Origin: Methanocaldococcus indicus | Lineage (GTDB): Archaea; AGJL01; Methanococci; Methanococcales; Methanocaldococcaceae | Assembly (NCBI RefSeq): GCF_049554935.1 | Contig: NZ_CP186926.1 | Coordinates: 256,001-320,000 of the forward strand | DNA: 64,000 nucleotides | Reading direction: 5' to 3' | In this document: positions 31,424-42,053 of the stretch, piece after piece | Position numbering within the stretch: the stretch's first letter is position 1 | How the letters are laid out: each line of letters starts with the position of its first letter | Translations under genes and position numbers: made by a program | Notes under the pieces: model-generated | The model's input: the letters and a program-made list of their open reading frames with translations, nothing else | What the model was told of the DNA's origin: nothing | The model's database searches: none

Positions 31424-32263
31424 TTAAATCTTTATATCATCTTTTAAAACATATCTTATTGGAATAAATATAGATAGGAAGATAATTAACATTATTAGAG
31501 CTGCTCCCCAAGCAATTTTATGGTCTTCTGGTGAAGGACTTTGAACTAATGTATATATTAAGAGAGGAATAGCTCCAACTGGCTGTAAGGGATTGGTAGG
31601 ATAGACCTCATACAATCCACCAGCAGTAAATAATAGAGGAGCTGTTTCTCCTGCAACTTTTGCCATACCAATTAAGACTCCTGTTAAAATTCCTTTTTTT
31701 GCCATTTTTGTAATAACTTTGAATATAACTTGTGCTCTTGTGCAACCTAATGCATAACCTCCTTCTTTATATATTTTAGGTATTTCAGCCATTGCTTCCT
31801 CTGTATAAACAGCAACATAAGGAATTAAGATTAAAGCTAATGCTATAGCCCCAGCTAATGCTGAATATGTTCCCATAGGAATAACTAATACAGTCATTAC
31901 AAAAGTCCCAACTAATATAGTCGGAAACTCTAACATAATTTGTAGAAGAACTTTTGTAGCTCTTCCAATTAAACTCTCTGGAAACTCATAAGCATAAGCT
32001 CCTGCTAAAAATGCAATTGGAATTCCTATCAATGTTGCTAAAATAGTTAGCATCAAAGTTCCAACAATTGCTGGACCAATTCCTCCCTCACTTAAAGGAT
32101 TTACAATGAAAGATACACCTCTCTCCATTATAATTGGAAGTCCTTTAACAGATATTGAGTATATTATGTGAAATAGTGGAACAACTGCTAAAAAAGTCAG
32201 AAATCCAACAAAAAATAAAAATATTTTATCTTTAATCATTCTAATTGTTTTAATGTTGGACAT
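31424..32263 (-). CDS. pstA: Phosphate ABC transporter permease
   Basis: GGIGPAIVGT, FPTILVG, EGGYALG, AGETAPLL. Confidence 0.92.
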   Translation of the reverse strand: MSNIKTIRMIKDKIFLFFVGFLTFLAVVPLFHIIYSISVKGLPIIMERGVSFIVNPLSEGGIGPAIVGTLMLTILATLIGIPIAFLAGAYAYEFPESLIGRATKVLLQIMLEFPTILVGTFVMTVLVIPMGTYSALAGAIALALILIPYVAVYTEEAMAEIPKIYKEGGYALGCTRAQVIFKVITKMAKKGILTGVLIGMAKVAGETAPLLFTAGGLYEVYPTNPLQPVGAIPLLIYTLVQSPSPEDHKIAWGAALIMLIIFLSIFIPIRYVLKDDIKI

Positions 32264-33188
32264 GTTTTCTCCACCTTCTTAAATATATAATTCCAATTAT
32301 ATTTACAATTAAACCAACAACAAACAAAACCAAACCAGCAGCATATAAAGTAGGTAGCATATATTCATACAAGACAGCATTACCAAACTGATTAGCAATT
32401 AATGAAGATATGGTATATCCAGGAGCAAACAACTTGTAAGTTAAATTAAAGGCATTACCAATAACCAATGAAACAGCAACTGTCTCACCTAATGCTCTAC
32501 CAAAAGCTAAAATTAATCCAGAGACAATAGCTGGTCTAATATACTTAATTAGCTCCTTAGTAGTTTCATATTTTGTGCATCCTAATGCATACAAACCTTC
32601 TTTATAGACAGTTGGCACCATAGCATAAGCTTCTCTTATAATTGCTGATGCAAAAGGAGTTACCATTATTCCCAATAATATTCCAGCAGCAAAGAAAGAG
32701 TATCCTGATAAAGGAGGATAGTCAAATAGAGGAATAAATGATAAATGCTCATAAAGAGGTTTCATAATATAATCTCTTAAAATAGGAACTAAGATAAATG
32801 CTCCCCAAATACCATAAATTATTGTTGGTAGTCCAGCCATTATATCAGAGATGATTATTAAAGGATGTTTTAACTTTTTAGGAGCATAATCATTTACAAA
32901 TATTGCATAAGCTATAGAGAGTGGTAAAGCCACTAAAATTGCCAATGTAGCTGTATAAATACTTCCCCATATTGGAGCAGCTAATCCATAAACTTCCTTT
33001 GCAGGATTTTCAGATGCTTTCCAAACATTTTTTATAAATAAATCTATTCCAAACTTTTGCAAAGCTGGAAGTGCATTAATAAAATAAGTGTAAAGAATAT
33101 AGACAAATACAAAGAAAGCTATTATAATTGCTGGATAGGTAATAATTTTAAATTCATCAATTTTTTTCAATATTCTTTTTAATTCCAT
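32250..33188 (-). CDS. pstC: Phosphate ABC transporter permease
   Basis: AGLPTIIYG, EGLYALG, GRALGETVAV; GGGAGG RBS before ATG 33188. Confidence 0.92.
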   Translation of the reverse strand: MELKRILKKIDEFKIITYPAIIIAFFVFVYILYTYFINALPALQKFGIDLFIKNVWKASENPAKEVYGLAAPIWGSIYTATLAILVALPLSIAYAIFVNDYAPKKLKHPLIIISDIMAGLPTIIYGIWGAFILVPILRDYIMKPLYEHLSFIPLFDYPPLSGYSFFAAGILLGIMVTPFASAIIREAYAMVPTVYKEGLYALGCTKYETTKELIKYIRPAIVSGLILAFGRALGETVAVSLVIGNAFNLTYKLFAPGYTISSLIANQFGNAVLYEYMLPTLYAAGLVLFVVGLIVNIIGIIYLRRWRKHVQH

Positions 33189-33363
33189 ATTTTCCTCCCT
33201 AAAATTCATAAATTGTGAATTTTTTGTTAATTTAGTTAATATACTTATTGGATATATAAAGTTATTTGTTTTACTTTATGAAGTTATATAAGTACATACG
33301 TTTAAGAGAAATTATTCTATAAGTTATTTAAATTAGTTTTTTGTTATTTTTATACTTACAAGA

Positions 33364-33771
33364 TTGATGGGAATGTCTATGAACAAATTTAAATTAGTAT
33401 TTAAAACACCATGTCATACTTGGGATATTGAAAATTTAATGTCATGCATATTTGGAATAAAGAGTTCTGATGTTAGAGTTTATTTTGATTTATTGATTAA
33501 TGGACCATCTAAGATAAGTGATATAGCTAAGAGAATAGATAGAGAGAGAAGCACGGTACAAAGAGCAGTGCAAAATTTATTAACAGCTGGATTGGTAACG
33601 AGAAAGCAGGTAAATTTAAAGGAAGGAGGTTATTATTATATTTATGAAGCTATTCCATTTGAAGATGTAAAAAAAATAATTAAAGAGAATATTGAAGAGT
33701 GGAGTAAAAATATGATAACATGGATTAACAATATATCTTTAGAGGATATTAAAAAAGAGATGGGAGAATGA
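33364..33771 (+). CDS. TrmB-like winged-helix transcriptional regulator
   Basis: CIFG....DVRVY..LL..GP....IA....RERSTVQRAVQNL...GLV.R.....GGY.Y.Y; exact start uncertain (33364-33379). Confidence 0.8.
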   Translation: MMGMSMNKFKLVFKTPCHTWDIENLMSCIFGIKSSDVRVYFDLLINGPSKISDIAKRIDRERSTVQRAVQNLLTAGLVTRKQVNLKEGGYYYIYEAIPFEDVKKIIKENIEEWSKNMITWINNISLEDIKKEMGE

Positions 33772-34706
33772 TAACATTCTTAGGGACATCTGCTGCTGTC
33801 CCAACAAAAAAAAGAAATCATATTGGAATAGCTTTTAAATATAATGGAGATATCTTCTTATTTGATTGTGGGGAAAATATTCAAAGGCAATTTTTATATT
33901 CTCCCCTATCTCCAATGAAAATTAAAGCTATCTTTATTACACATCTTCATGGAGACCATATTTTAGGACTCCCTGGAATAATACAAAGTTTATCTTTTTT
34001 AGAGAGGAAAGAAGATTTATTAATTTTTGGACCAAAAGGTATTAAAGATATTGTAAAATACTCATTATCTTTTGGTTATTGTTCAATAAATTTCAATATA
34101 AAAGTTTTTGAGATTGATAGTAGAGAGCCAATAGACGTATATAGAGAAGAAAAATTTAGGATTATAGCTTATCCATTAGAGCATTTTGTTGATAACTATT
34201 CATATACATTTTTAGAGATAAAGAAACCAAGATTAGATATAGAAAAAGCTAAGAAATTGAAGGTTAAAATAGGACCAGATTTAAAAAGATTGAAAAATGG
34301 ATATCCTGTAAGAAATATTGATGGAGAATTAATATATCCTGAGGATGTCCTTTTACCACCAAAAAAGGGAATATCCTTATCTTATTCAGGAGATACATTA
34401 CCAATTAAAGAATATGGGAAATTTTTAAAAGATAATGGTGTTGATATTCTAATCCATGAAGCTACTTATGATGACTCTTTAAAAGATTTAGCTGTTGAAA
34501 GTTATCACTCTACAATTGGAGATGCTGTAAAAATTGCTGATATAGCAGAAGTTAAAAGTTTAATTTTAACACATATATCTGCAAGATATGACAAGGATGA
34601 GGATATATATTATAAAAATGTTGAAAGATATAAAAAAGATTGTAAATTTAAAATTTTTGTAAGTGAGGATTTAAAGAGCTATAACATTAAGGAGTTGATA
34701 AAATGA
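33768..34706 (+). CDS. rnz: Ribonuclease Z
   Basis: FLGTS, FDCGE, THLHGDH, GP exosite, SGDT, HEAT, HST, LTHISARY. Confidence 0.95.
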   Translation: MITFLGTSAAVPTKKRNHIGIAFKYNGDIFLFDCGENIQRQFLYSPLSPMKIKAIFITHLHGDHILGLPGIIQSLSFLERKEDLLIFGPKGIKDIVKYSLSFGYCSINFNIKVFEIDSREPIDVYREEKFRIIAYPLEHFVDNYSYTFLEIKKPRLDIEKAKKLKVKIGPDLKRLKNGYPVRNIDGELIYPEDVLLPPKKGISLSYSGDTLPIKEYGKFLKDNGVDILIHEATYDDSLKDLAVESYHSTIGDAVKIADIAEVKSLILTHISARYDKDEDIYYKNVERYKKDCKFKIFVSEDLKSYNIKELIK

Positions 34707-35359
34707 AGATTGCTATTGTTGGAGGGACAGGAGATTTAGGATTTGGATTGGCTTTAAGGTTATCTAAACACTACAATATTATAATTGGTTCAAGAAAAGA
34801 AGAAAAAGCTAAAAAAGCAGCAGAAGAAGTAAAAAAATTAGTTAAAGATGCAAAAGTTGAAGGTAAAGGGAATATAGAAGCTGTTAAAGAAGCTGATGTA
34901 ATTATATTGTCTGTTCCTTATGAGTATGTCCTTTCAACTTTAAAGGATTTGAAAGAGTATTTAAAAAACAAAATAGTTGTTTCTGTCGTAGTTCCACTCT
35001 CTACTGTTATTGGTGATTCTCCAGAGAAACCTCTCTTTCCATATGATGGCTCAGTTGCTGAAATGATTCAAAATTATTTAAAAGATAGTAAAGTAGTAGG
35101 AGCTTTTCAAAATATATCATATAAATCTTTAAGAGATTTAGATAATAAAGTAGATGCTGATGTATTAGTTTGTGGAGATGATGAAGAAGCAAAAAAAATA
35201 GTTATTGAAATAGCAAATAAAATAGATGGAGTTAGAGGAATAGATGCAGGAAAATTAGAAATGTCAAGAATTGTAGAAGGTTTAACTCCTCTCTTAATTG
35301 GAATTAATAAAAGATATAAATCTGAGTGTAGCATAAAAATAAGTAATTTGAAAATTTAA
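34703..35359 (+). CDS. npdG: F420-dependent NADP oxidoreductase
   Basis: [37 protein letters not shown]. Confidence 0.9.
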   Translation: MKIAIVGGTGDLGFGLALRLSKHYNIIIGSRKEEKAKKAAEEVKKLVKDAKVEGKGNIEAVKEADVIILSVPYEYVLSTLKDLKEYLKNKIVVSVVVPLSTVIGDSPEKPLFPYDGSVAEMIQNYLKDSKVVGAFQNISYKSLRDLDNKVDADVLVCGDDEEAKKIVIEIANKIDGVRGIDAGKLEMSRIVEGLTPLLIGINKRYKSECSIKISNLKI

Positions 35360-37260
35360 TAATCTTTATATTTATCTACTTCTTTTTGATGTTTCTCTAT
35401 TTCTTCAATACTTGCAACTTTAAACTCATTAGCATATTTTTCAAGGTCTTTAGCAACATTTACAAGTTCATTAGTTGCCTTCTTAATTTCTTCAATAATT
35501 GCGTTTAATTCTTCAGTTGAGGCAGTTAGTTCTTCAGCGGTAGCGGCGAACTCTTCAGATATAGAAGCGACATCTTGCACATCTCTTAAAGCGACTTGAA
35601 TACTATCAGCAGCTTTTTCAGCCGCTGATTTTATCTCTTCCATCTTTTGATTTACTAAATCAACACTCTCCTTAATTTTCATAAATGCATTATTAACTTC
35701 ATCAATTGCGACAACTCCTTTATCAACCTCTTCTTTTCCAGCTAACCCTAAATCAATTGTTTTATTAATTTTCTCTTGTATTTCACTTATAGTTTTGTTA
35801 ATGTCATCAACAGACTTACCAATCTCTTCAGCTAAACCTTTAATTTCACTTGCAACAACAGCAAAACCTCTTCCAGCATCTCCTGCTCTTGCAGCTTCAA
35901 TAGATGCATTTAGGGCTAATAGTCCTGTTTGTTCAGCAATATCTTTTATTAAAGCGGTTATCTCATTAATTTTTTGGCTTTCTCTACCTAACTCTTCTAA
36001 AGCTCTACCTAACTCATCTATAACGTTTGCAATTCTTTGCATTGTTTCAATTGCGTGCTCAACCTTTTCAACTCCTAAATTTGTAGAATCTTCTACTACT
36101 CTAACAGCTTCAACTCCATTAATAGCAGCGTCATAAACACCTCTTGTTATATTTGTAACCTCTTCTAATTCTTGACTTATATCTTGTAGTTTTGTTGATT
36201 GGTCTGTTGCTGCTGTAGCTACTTGTTGTGTTGCATCTGCTATTTGGTCAGATGTCTCTTTTGCTCTCTCTAATTCAGCGTTAATTCTTTCAATTTCTGT
36301 ATTTAACCTAATGACTTCATCTTTTAAGTTTCCAATTAATAAAGATAGTTTATTAATTGAAGTGTTAATTGCATAGTAAAGATTTTCAAAACCTTCAAAT
36401 TTTCTAACATGAACGTTTAAGTTTCCATTAGCAATAGCTTCCATAACATTGATAATGTCTTTAAATATCTCCTCTAATTTTTTTCTAAATGCTTTTTCTT
36501 TTTCCATATCTTCTTTTATATTTTCAATGATTTTCATAATGTTACTATAAACTCTTCCAATCTCATCATTTGCAAATTTTATTCTTGGCTCTACAAATCT
36601 TTTATTAGCAAGTTCATTTGTTATATATTCCAATTCAAGAATTGGTCTAATGACAATTTTATCTATTAGCAAGAACAATCCTATTCCTGAGGCAAATACT
36701 AAAAAGATAATTCCTAATAACATATAGTTTAAATTATTTGTATATTTATTAACACTAATTACCAAACTGTCACTAAGCTTATCTAATCCATCAATTAATT
36801 TGTCATGATTTTCTAAAAGGTAATTTAGAGCTTTTTCTCCTTCTGGAGAGTTGGGATTTGATAAATAAACATTTATATATCTATAGAATTCATCCCAATC
36901 AGATTTTAGTTTTAATAAATTATCTCTATTCTCTGATATTGGAGATATTACTATATTATGATTCCCTATTTTTACTGTCCCACCATTTAATATAGCATTG
37001 AGAATTTTATTGAAGTTCTCTGCAGAATCTTTTACTTCCTTTAAATCATCTGGATTCTCTGTGTATTTATAACTAATACTATGAGCCACTATTTTTGCTA
37101 ATAAGAATTTTTCATATTCTAATAATTTAGCATCTGTACTATATTCATCAACTTTTTGAAGTTCAAAATAGCTAACTACTCCTAATGCACATATTATTAA
37201 AATAACTGGGATAAAAACTAACATTATCTTAGTTCTGATAGAATTAAGATTTATCTTCAT
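35356..37260 (-). CDS. Membrane-bound methyl-accepting chemotaxis protein (2 TM, helical sensor, HAMP)
   Basis: Two TM helices, RPI...[38 protein letters not shown]. Confidence 0.95.
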   Translation of the reverse strand: MKINLNSIRTKIMLVFIPVILIICALGVVSYFELQKVDEYSTDAKLLEYEKFLLAKIVAHSISYKYTENPDDLKEVKDSAENFNKILNAILNGGTVKIGNHNIVISPISENRDNLLKLKSDWDEFYRYINVYLSNPNSPEGEKALNYLLENHDKLIDGLDKLSDSLVISVNKYTNNLNYMLLGIIFLVFASGIGLFLLIDKIVIRPILELEYITNELANKRFVEPRIKFANDEIGRVYSNIMKIIENIKEDMEKEKAFRKKLEEIFKDIINVMEAIANGNLNVHVRKFEGFENLYYAINTSINKLSLLIGNLKDEVIRLNTEIERINAELERAKETSDQIADATQQVATAATDQSTKLQDISQELEEVTNITRGVYDAAINGVEAVRVVEDSTNLGVEKVEHAIETMQRIANVIDELGRALEELGRESQKINEITALIKDIAEQTGLLALNASIEAARAGDAGRGFAVVASEIKGLAEEIGKSVDDINKTISEIQEKINKTIDLGLAGKEEVDKGVVAIDEVNNAFMKIKESVDLVNQKMEEIKSAAEKAADSIQVALRDVQDVASISEEFAATAEELTASTEELNAIIEEIKKATNELVNVAKDLEKYANEFKVASIEEIEKHQKEVDKYKDY

Positions 37261-37419
37261 TTTTCTCCCTCATAACTATATATTTGTTATATAAAAAATC
37301 TTAATAATAAAATTAAACAATAATGCAATAAAATATTAAATCATAATATTAATAAATATTTTTTGTGTAGGTAGATATGTAACAAAAAATTAAAAAATAA
37401 TAAATAAGTAAGAATATAA

Positions 37420-38352
37420 TTATTCATATTTTTTAATATATTCTGCTATTGCTCTACTTACACATGGAGGGACACTTTCTCCAACTTGGTTGTATTGAAC
37501 CTCTCTCCCACCAAAAAATATGAAATCATCAGGATAACTCATTAATCTTGCTTGCTCTCTAACAGTTAATAATCTATCTTCATAAGGATGGATAAATCTA
37601 ACCTTTCCTTTAACAGTTGGAGCTAATTTTTTTGGATGTAATCTAATCCAGTTGTGCATAACTTTTTTAAATCCTCTAAATCTATACAATGACTCTCCCC
37701 ACCTTAATTTAGATATTAGTTCTTTCTTTTTATCAGATAGCTTTTTTATTTCATGGTTTGGAGCATCTTTTGGTATATCTTTTAAAGCTTCTTCAACAAC
37801 TATTTTTTTATTAAGTTTTTTAGGTTTTAACTTTATATTGGATATAAAAGCTCTTGCTCTTATTGATGGATTTCCATAATCCTCAGCTCTTAAAATATTT
37901 AAATAAGCTTCTATTCCAATATTGCTAAATAATCTTTCCAATTCATCCCATAACTCCTTTATCTGAGGCACATTCTCCATAACAAAGATTAAATCATTAT
38001 TTTTATTATAGAAATATTCTAAATATTTAATAAATTCTAAGGTTAATCTTCCAGTTCTATCTTTATATAATCTATCCAATGGGTTCTCTTCTATCCTCTT
38101 AGCTTTTGTAAATGCTTCACAAGGTGGAGAGCCAATTAATATATCAACTTTTTCATTTTTAATAATAGAGTTGTCAAACAACTTAGGAGGAACTTTCTTT
38201 ATATCTTCAACATACACAGGAGCTTTAATGTTATATTGGTATGTCTTAACTGCTGGTTTAAAATTTTCTAATCCAGCTAAGATTTTATAGCCTTCATCTA
38301 AAAATCCTTTTGAAAATCCACCACATCCACAGAATAAATCTACAACATTCAT
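37420..38352 (-). CDS. DNA (cytosine-5)-methyltransferase, orphan
   Basis: DLFCGCGG (motif I), GSPPC (IV), ENV (VI), R.R (VIII), RLLTVRE.ARL (IX), Q.GESVP (X). Confidence 0.9.
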   Translation of the reverse strand: MNVVDLFCGCGGFSKGFLDEGYKILAGLENFKPAVKTYQYNIKAPVYVEDIKKVPPKLFDNSIIKNEKVDILIGSPPCEAFTKAKRIEENPLDRLYKDRTGRLTLEFIKYLEYFYNKNNDLIFVMENVPQIKELWDELERLFSNIGIEAYLNILRAEDYGNPSIRARAFISNIKLKPKKLNKKIVVEEALKDIPKDAPNHEIKKLSDKKKELISKLRWGESLYRFRGFKKVMHNWIRLHPKKLAPTVKGKVRFIHPYEDRLLTVREQARLMSYPDDFIFFGGREVQYNQVGESVPPCVSRAIAEYIKKYE

Positions 38353-38355
38353 ACT

Positions 38356-39108
38356 CTATAACCTATAAAATTCCTTTGCATTTAAATATAAAGATTTATT
38401 TATTTTATTTTCATCTACACCTAACTTTTTTAACTCTAACTTAGTTTTTGGTAAAGCATAAATATCTGATTTCAAACTTCCTAAGTCACTACTTAAAATA
38501 AATTTTTTATTATACTCTTTAATTATCTTTGCAGCTCTCTCAGGTGTTAATTTTAAAGATTGGACAGTTAAGCCAATATAGTATTTCTCTACTAAATCAA
38601 CCGTTTCCTCATTTAGATGGTCTATCATAACTAAATCTTCTTTTATCTTTACTTCATCTAAAATCTCTAAGATTTTTAATAACGCCTCTTTTTTGTTTTT
38701 CTCAGGAGTGTGAATTACTATTGGCATTTTGTAATCCTTAGCTATATACAACTGCTCCTTTAACAAATTAATTTCATCTTCTTTTAAATAATGTAGTCCT
38801 GTCTCTCCAATGCATACAACATTCTCATTATCTAAAAATTTTGGTATTTCTTTGATTAATCTTTCCCAATTTTTTGGATATCCCATAGGATGAACTCCTA
38901 TCCCTACCTTAACCTCAACATTAGCTATTTTTCCTCTTTTTACTTCTAAGTTTATTAATCTATCCCACAAATCTAAATAAACCTCTGGAACACTCATCTT
39001 ATATGGGTCATGTGAAAGAGTTATAATCTTCTCTATTCCTGCTATTGCCATATTCTCTAAATCTTCAAAACTTCTAACATCTAAATGTGTATGTGCATCT
39101 ATCATCAT
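38356..39108 (-). CDS. TatD-family metal-dependent hydrolase
   Basis: DAHTH, GVHP, IGETG, IHTP, DH, SSD. Confidence 0.85.
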   Translation of the reverse strand: MMIDAHTHLDVRSFEDLENMAIAGIEKIITLSHDPYKMSVPEVYLDLWDRLINLEVKRGKIANVEVKVGIGVHPMGYPKNWERLIKEIPKFLDNENVVCIGETGLHYLKEDEINLLKEQLYIAKDYKMPIVIHTPEKNKKEALLKILEILDEVKIKEDLVMIDHLNEETVDLVEKYYIGLTVQSLKLTPERAAKIIKEYNKKFILSSDLGSLKSDIYALPKTKLELKKLGVDENKINKSLYLNAKEFYRL

Positions 39109-39312
39109 ACTAACCCCCTTTCTATTAATTTATTTCATTTTTTTATTCATTTTTTATCCCTATTTCTATTTATAATTAATTTCAATAATTATAATATAAT
39201 ATTTAATGGAAATATATAAAACTATAAATTATTAATTTTCAAAACAATATTAAGCTATATATAACAAGAAAGATATTATTTAAAATTACAAAAAATGAGA
39301 AATGGTGAAATT

Positions 39313-39729
39313 ATGGAAGATTTAAGAGAAAAAGCATTAGCTTTGGAAATGTATAATCAACAAATTCAAATTTTACAACAAGAAATAGCAAGTATTAGAG
39401 GTTTAAAAGAGGAAATTGAAAAATGTATTAATACATTGGAGAATGTAAAAGTTGATGATGAAACCCTAATTCCTGTAGGTCCAGGAGTATTTTTAAAAGC
39501 AAAAATTATAGATGATAAAGCAATTTATGGAATAAAATCTGATATATTTGTTGAAAAACCAATATCTGATGTTATAGAGAATTTAAAAAAATCATTAGAA
39601 GATTTAAATAAGGCAGAAGAAGAAGGATTAAAAAAATTAAATGAAATTACAGCATTAGCTATGAAATTAAAAGAAGAATTACAAAAAGAATTTGAAAAAC
39701 AACAGAAAAACCAACAAAAGAAAAATTAA
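39313..39729 (+). CDS. pfdA: Prefoldin alpha subunit
   Basis: Coiled coils flanking ETLIPVGPGVFLKA hairpins; GGTGA RBS before ATG 39313. Confidence 0.9.
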   Translation: MEDLREKALALEMYNQQIQILQQEIASIRGLKEEIEKCINTLENVKVDDETLIPVGPGVFLKAKIIDDKAIYGIKSDIFVEKPISDVIENLKKSLEDLNKAEEEGLKKLNEITALAMKLKEELQKEFEKQQKNQQKKN

Positions 39730-39745
39730 AATAACTAAAAATTAG

Positions 39746-39819
39746 TGGGCCCGGCCGGATTCGAACCGGCGACTTTCGCCTTGTAAGGGCGACGTCATAG
39801 CCAGCTAGACCACGGGCCC
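39746..39819 (-). tRNA. tRNA-Val(TAC), CCA not encoded (CTA)
   Basis: GGGCCCG acceptor, TCGCC-CTTACAA-GGCGA, TTCGAAT. Confidence 0.96.
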
Positions 39820-39881
39820 TAAAAAAGCATTATTATAATTTCTATTTTTGGTATATATACTTTTCTATTATTGGGATAATT

Positions 39882-40919
39882 ATGAATTTAGATTTATTTT
39901 TAAAAGATAGGGAAGAAGTTATAAAAGATGCTAAAAGAAAAGATTTATCCATAAAAAAATTTAAAAAACTTATTGATAAGTTGAGAGAAAATAAGAAAAT
40001 AGTTGCTGATTTTACAGAATACAATCCTCTCCATAAAGGGCATAAGTATGCATTAGATAAAGGAAAGGAATATGGTTTTTTTATATCTGTCCTTCCAGGA
40101 CCATTAGAGAGAAGTGGTAGAGGAGTTCCCTATTTTTTAGATAGATATACAAGAGCTGAATTGGCTATAAGAGCAGGAGCTGATATAGTTGTTGAAGGCC
40201 CTGCTATGGGAATTCTTGGCTCAGGCCAATATATGAGATGTTTAATAAAAATGTTCTATACATTAGGAGCTGAAATAATTCCAAGAGGCTATATTCCTGA
40301 GGAAACAATGAATAAGGTTATTGATAGGATAAATAAGGGTTTTCATATTAGAGTTAAGCCATATAAAATTATGTGTATAGAGACAGGAGAAGTTTTAGGA
40401 GAAAAGTTAAATATAGATAATTATGTTATTGCTTCTATGTCTCAAACAATATATAAACTAAATAAAGAAGAAAATTTAAACTATCATCCAAAATTTGTAT
40501 TTATAAAAAGATTAGAAGGAATTAGTGGGACAAAAATAAGAGAGGCAATAAAATCTGGAAAATTTGATTTAGTTAAAGATTTATTACCAAAAAGCACTTT
40601 GGAGGTGTTAGAAGATAAATACAAAAAAGGAGAACTAACATTCTTAGAAAGATTTGAAGATAGAATTTTAGAAACAGCTAATGAGTATGATTTATATAAA
40701 TATCTACCTAAAAATATAGCAGAAATATTAGAAAAAAATAGGCCTTACAATAGTATTGATGAAATAAAAAAGGTTATTCCTTTTGGTTTTACAAGACATT
40801 TCAAAGAGAGAATTTTAAATTTATTGGAGGCAAGGATTGAGAAAGACCTTATAAAGAAATATATTAACAATTATCCATCTAAGATAAAAATATTAAAAGT
40901 GAAAAATTATGATAATTGA
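39882..40919 (+). CDS. HIGH-motif nucleotidyltransferase (UPF0348/TmcAL-like)
   Basis: EYNPLHKGH, RG.P....R..RAELA..AGADIVVE, ISGT.IR. Confidence 0.75.
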   Translation: MNLDLFLKDREEVIKDAKRKDLSIKKFKKLIDKLRENKKIVADFTEYNPLHKGHKYALDKGKEYGFFISVLPGPLERSGRGVPYFLDRYTRAELAIRAGADIVVEGPAMGILGSGQYMRCLIKMFYTLGAEIIPRGYIPEETMNKVIDRINKGFHIRVKPYKIMCIETGEVLGEKLNIDNYVIASMSQTIYKLNKEENLNYHPKFVFIKRLEGISGTKIREAIKSGKFDLVKDLLPKSTLEVLEDKYKKGELTFLERFEDRILETANEYDLYKYLPKNIAEILEKNRPYNSIDEIKKVIPFGFTRHFKERILNLLEARIEKDLIKKYINNYPSKIKILKVKNYDN

Positions 40920-42039
40920 TGAAATATTAAAAAAAGAAGTGTATAAAGCATTAGGATGCACAGAAGTTGTTTTAATAGGAAAGACTGTTGCAAAAGCAAA
41001 ACCAAAAAACTTAGATGATATAAAAAAGATTAGATTGGTTTTAGGAAAAGAGATATTTAAAAATGCTTATGCTGTTGGAGTTCCAAATACTGGAAAGTTT
41101 GGAATAGTTCCAGCTGTTGTGGCTGGATTGTTGAGTAAGAGAGATGATAATGAAGTTTTTAGAGATATTGATTATAATGAAGAGTTAGAAGAAAAAATTA
41201 AAAATCTAATTGATATTGAGTTAGTTGATAAAAAAGTATATTGTAAGGTTGAAATATTTGCTGATAAATTATACTCTGCTGAGAGTGAGGAGTATAATGT
41301 TAGTGTAGATAATAAACTAAAAGAACAGTTTAAAAATTTAAATTTGGATGACTTCTTAGAGTATATCAATAATATCCCAAAAGATATTAAAAAACTGATT
41401 AATGATGTGATAAAAACAAACTATGAAATAACTACTCCAACAGTTGATAGAGAGTTTTTAAGTTTAGATTTCAATGATGAAAGATTTAGATATGTGTTAG
41501 AAAAGACAGTATCAGCAGTATATAATAGAATGATAGGTGTAAATAAAGTTGTTTATGCCATAGCTGGCAGTGGAAATATGGGACTAACTGCAACAGTCCC
41601 AATTATAGCTTATGATGAGCTAACTAATAAGGATAAGGATTTGTTAATTAGGAGTATAACTCTCTCAGCTTTAACAACTATCTACTCATCTTACTACTCT
41701 GGCTATACATCAGCTATGTGTGGATGTGTAAATAGAGGAGGATTAGGAGCTTTAATAGGGCTATCTTACTATTTAGGAAAAGATATTAATAAAGCTATTA
41801 AAGGTTTTGTAGCAAATCTTCCAGGAATTGTTTGTGATGGTGGTAAAGTTGGCTGTTCTTTAAAAATAGCCTCTGGAATATTTTCAATATTTTTATCTTT
41901 AAACTCTTCAATACCATATAACAATGGAATTATAGGAAAAGATTTTAAAGAAAATATTATAAATATAAATAAAGTTGCTAATGCAATGGAAAGAGTTGAT
42001 GATGTTATAATTGAAATTTTAAAAACAAAAAAAATTTAA
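40909..42039 (+). CDS. L-cysteine desulfidase (MJ1025-like)
   Basis: ALGCTE, KNAYAVGVP, GSGN.G, SAMCGC, GIVCDGGK.GC. Confidence 0.85.
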   Translation: MIIDEILKKEVYKALGCTEVVLIGKTVAKAKPKNLDDIKKIRLVLGKEIFKNAYAVGVPNTGKFGIVPAVVAGLLSKRDDNEVFRDIDYNEELEEKIKNLIDIELVDKKVYCKVEIFADKLYSAESEEYNVSVDNKLKEQFKNLNLDDFLEYINNIPKDIKKLINDVIKTNYEITTPTVDREFLSLDFNDERFRYVLEKTVSAVYNRMIGVNKVVYAIAGSGNMGLTATVPIIAYDELTNKDKDLLIRSITLSALTTIYSSYYSGYTSAMCGCVNRGGLGALIGLSYYLGKDINKAIKGFVANLPGIVCDGGKVGCSLKIASGIFSIFLSLNSSIPYNNGIIGKDFKENIININKVANAMERVDDVIIEILKTKKI

Positions 42040-42053
42040 GGAGGTTGGATAAA

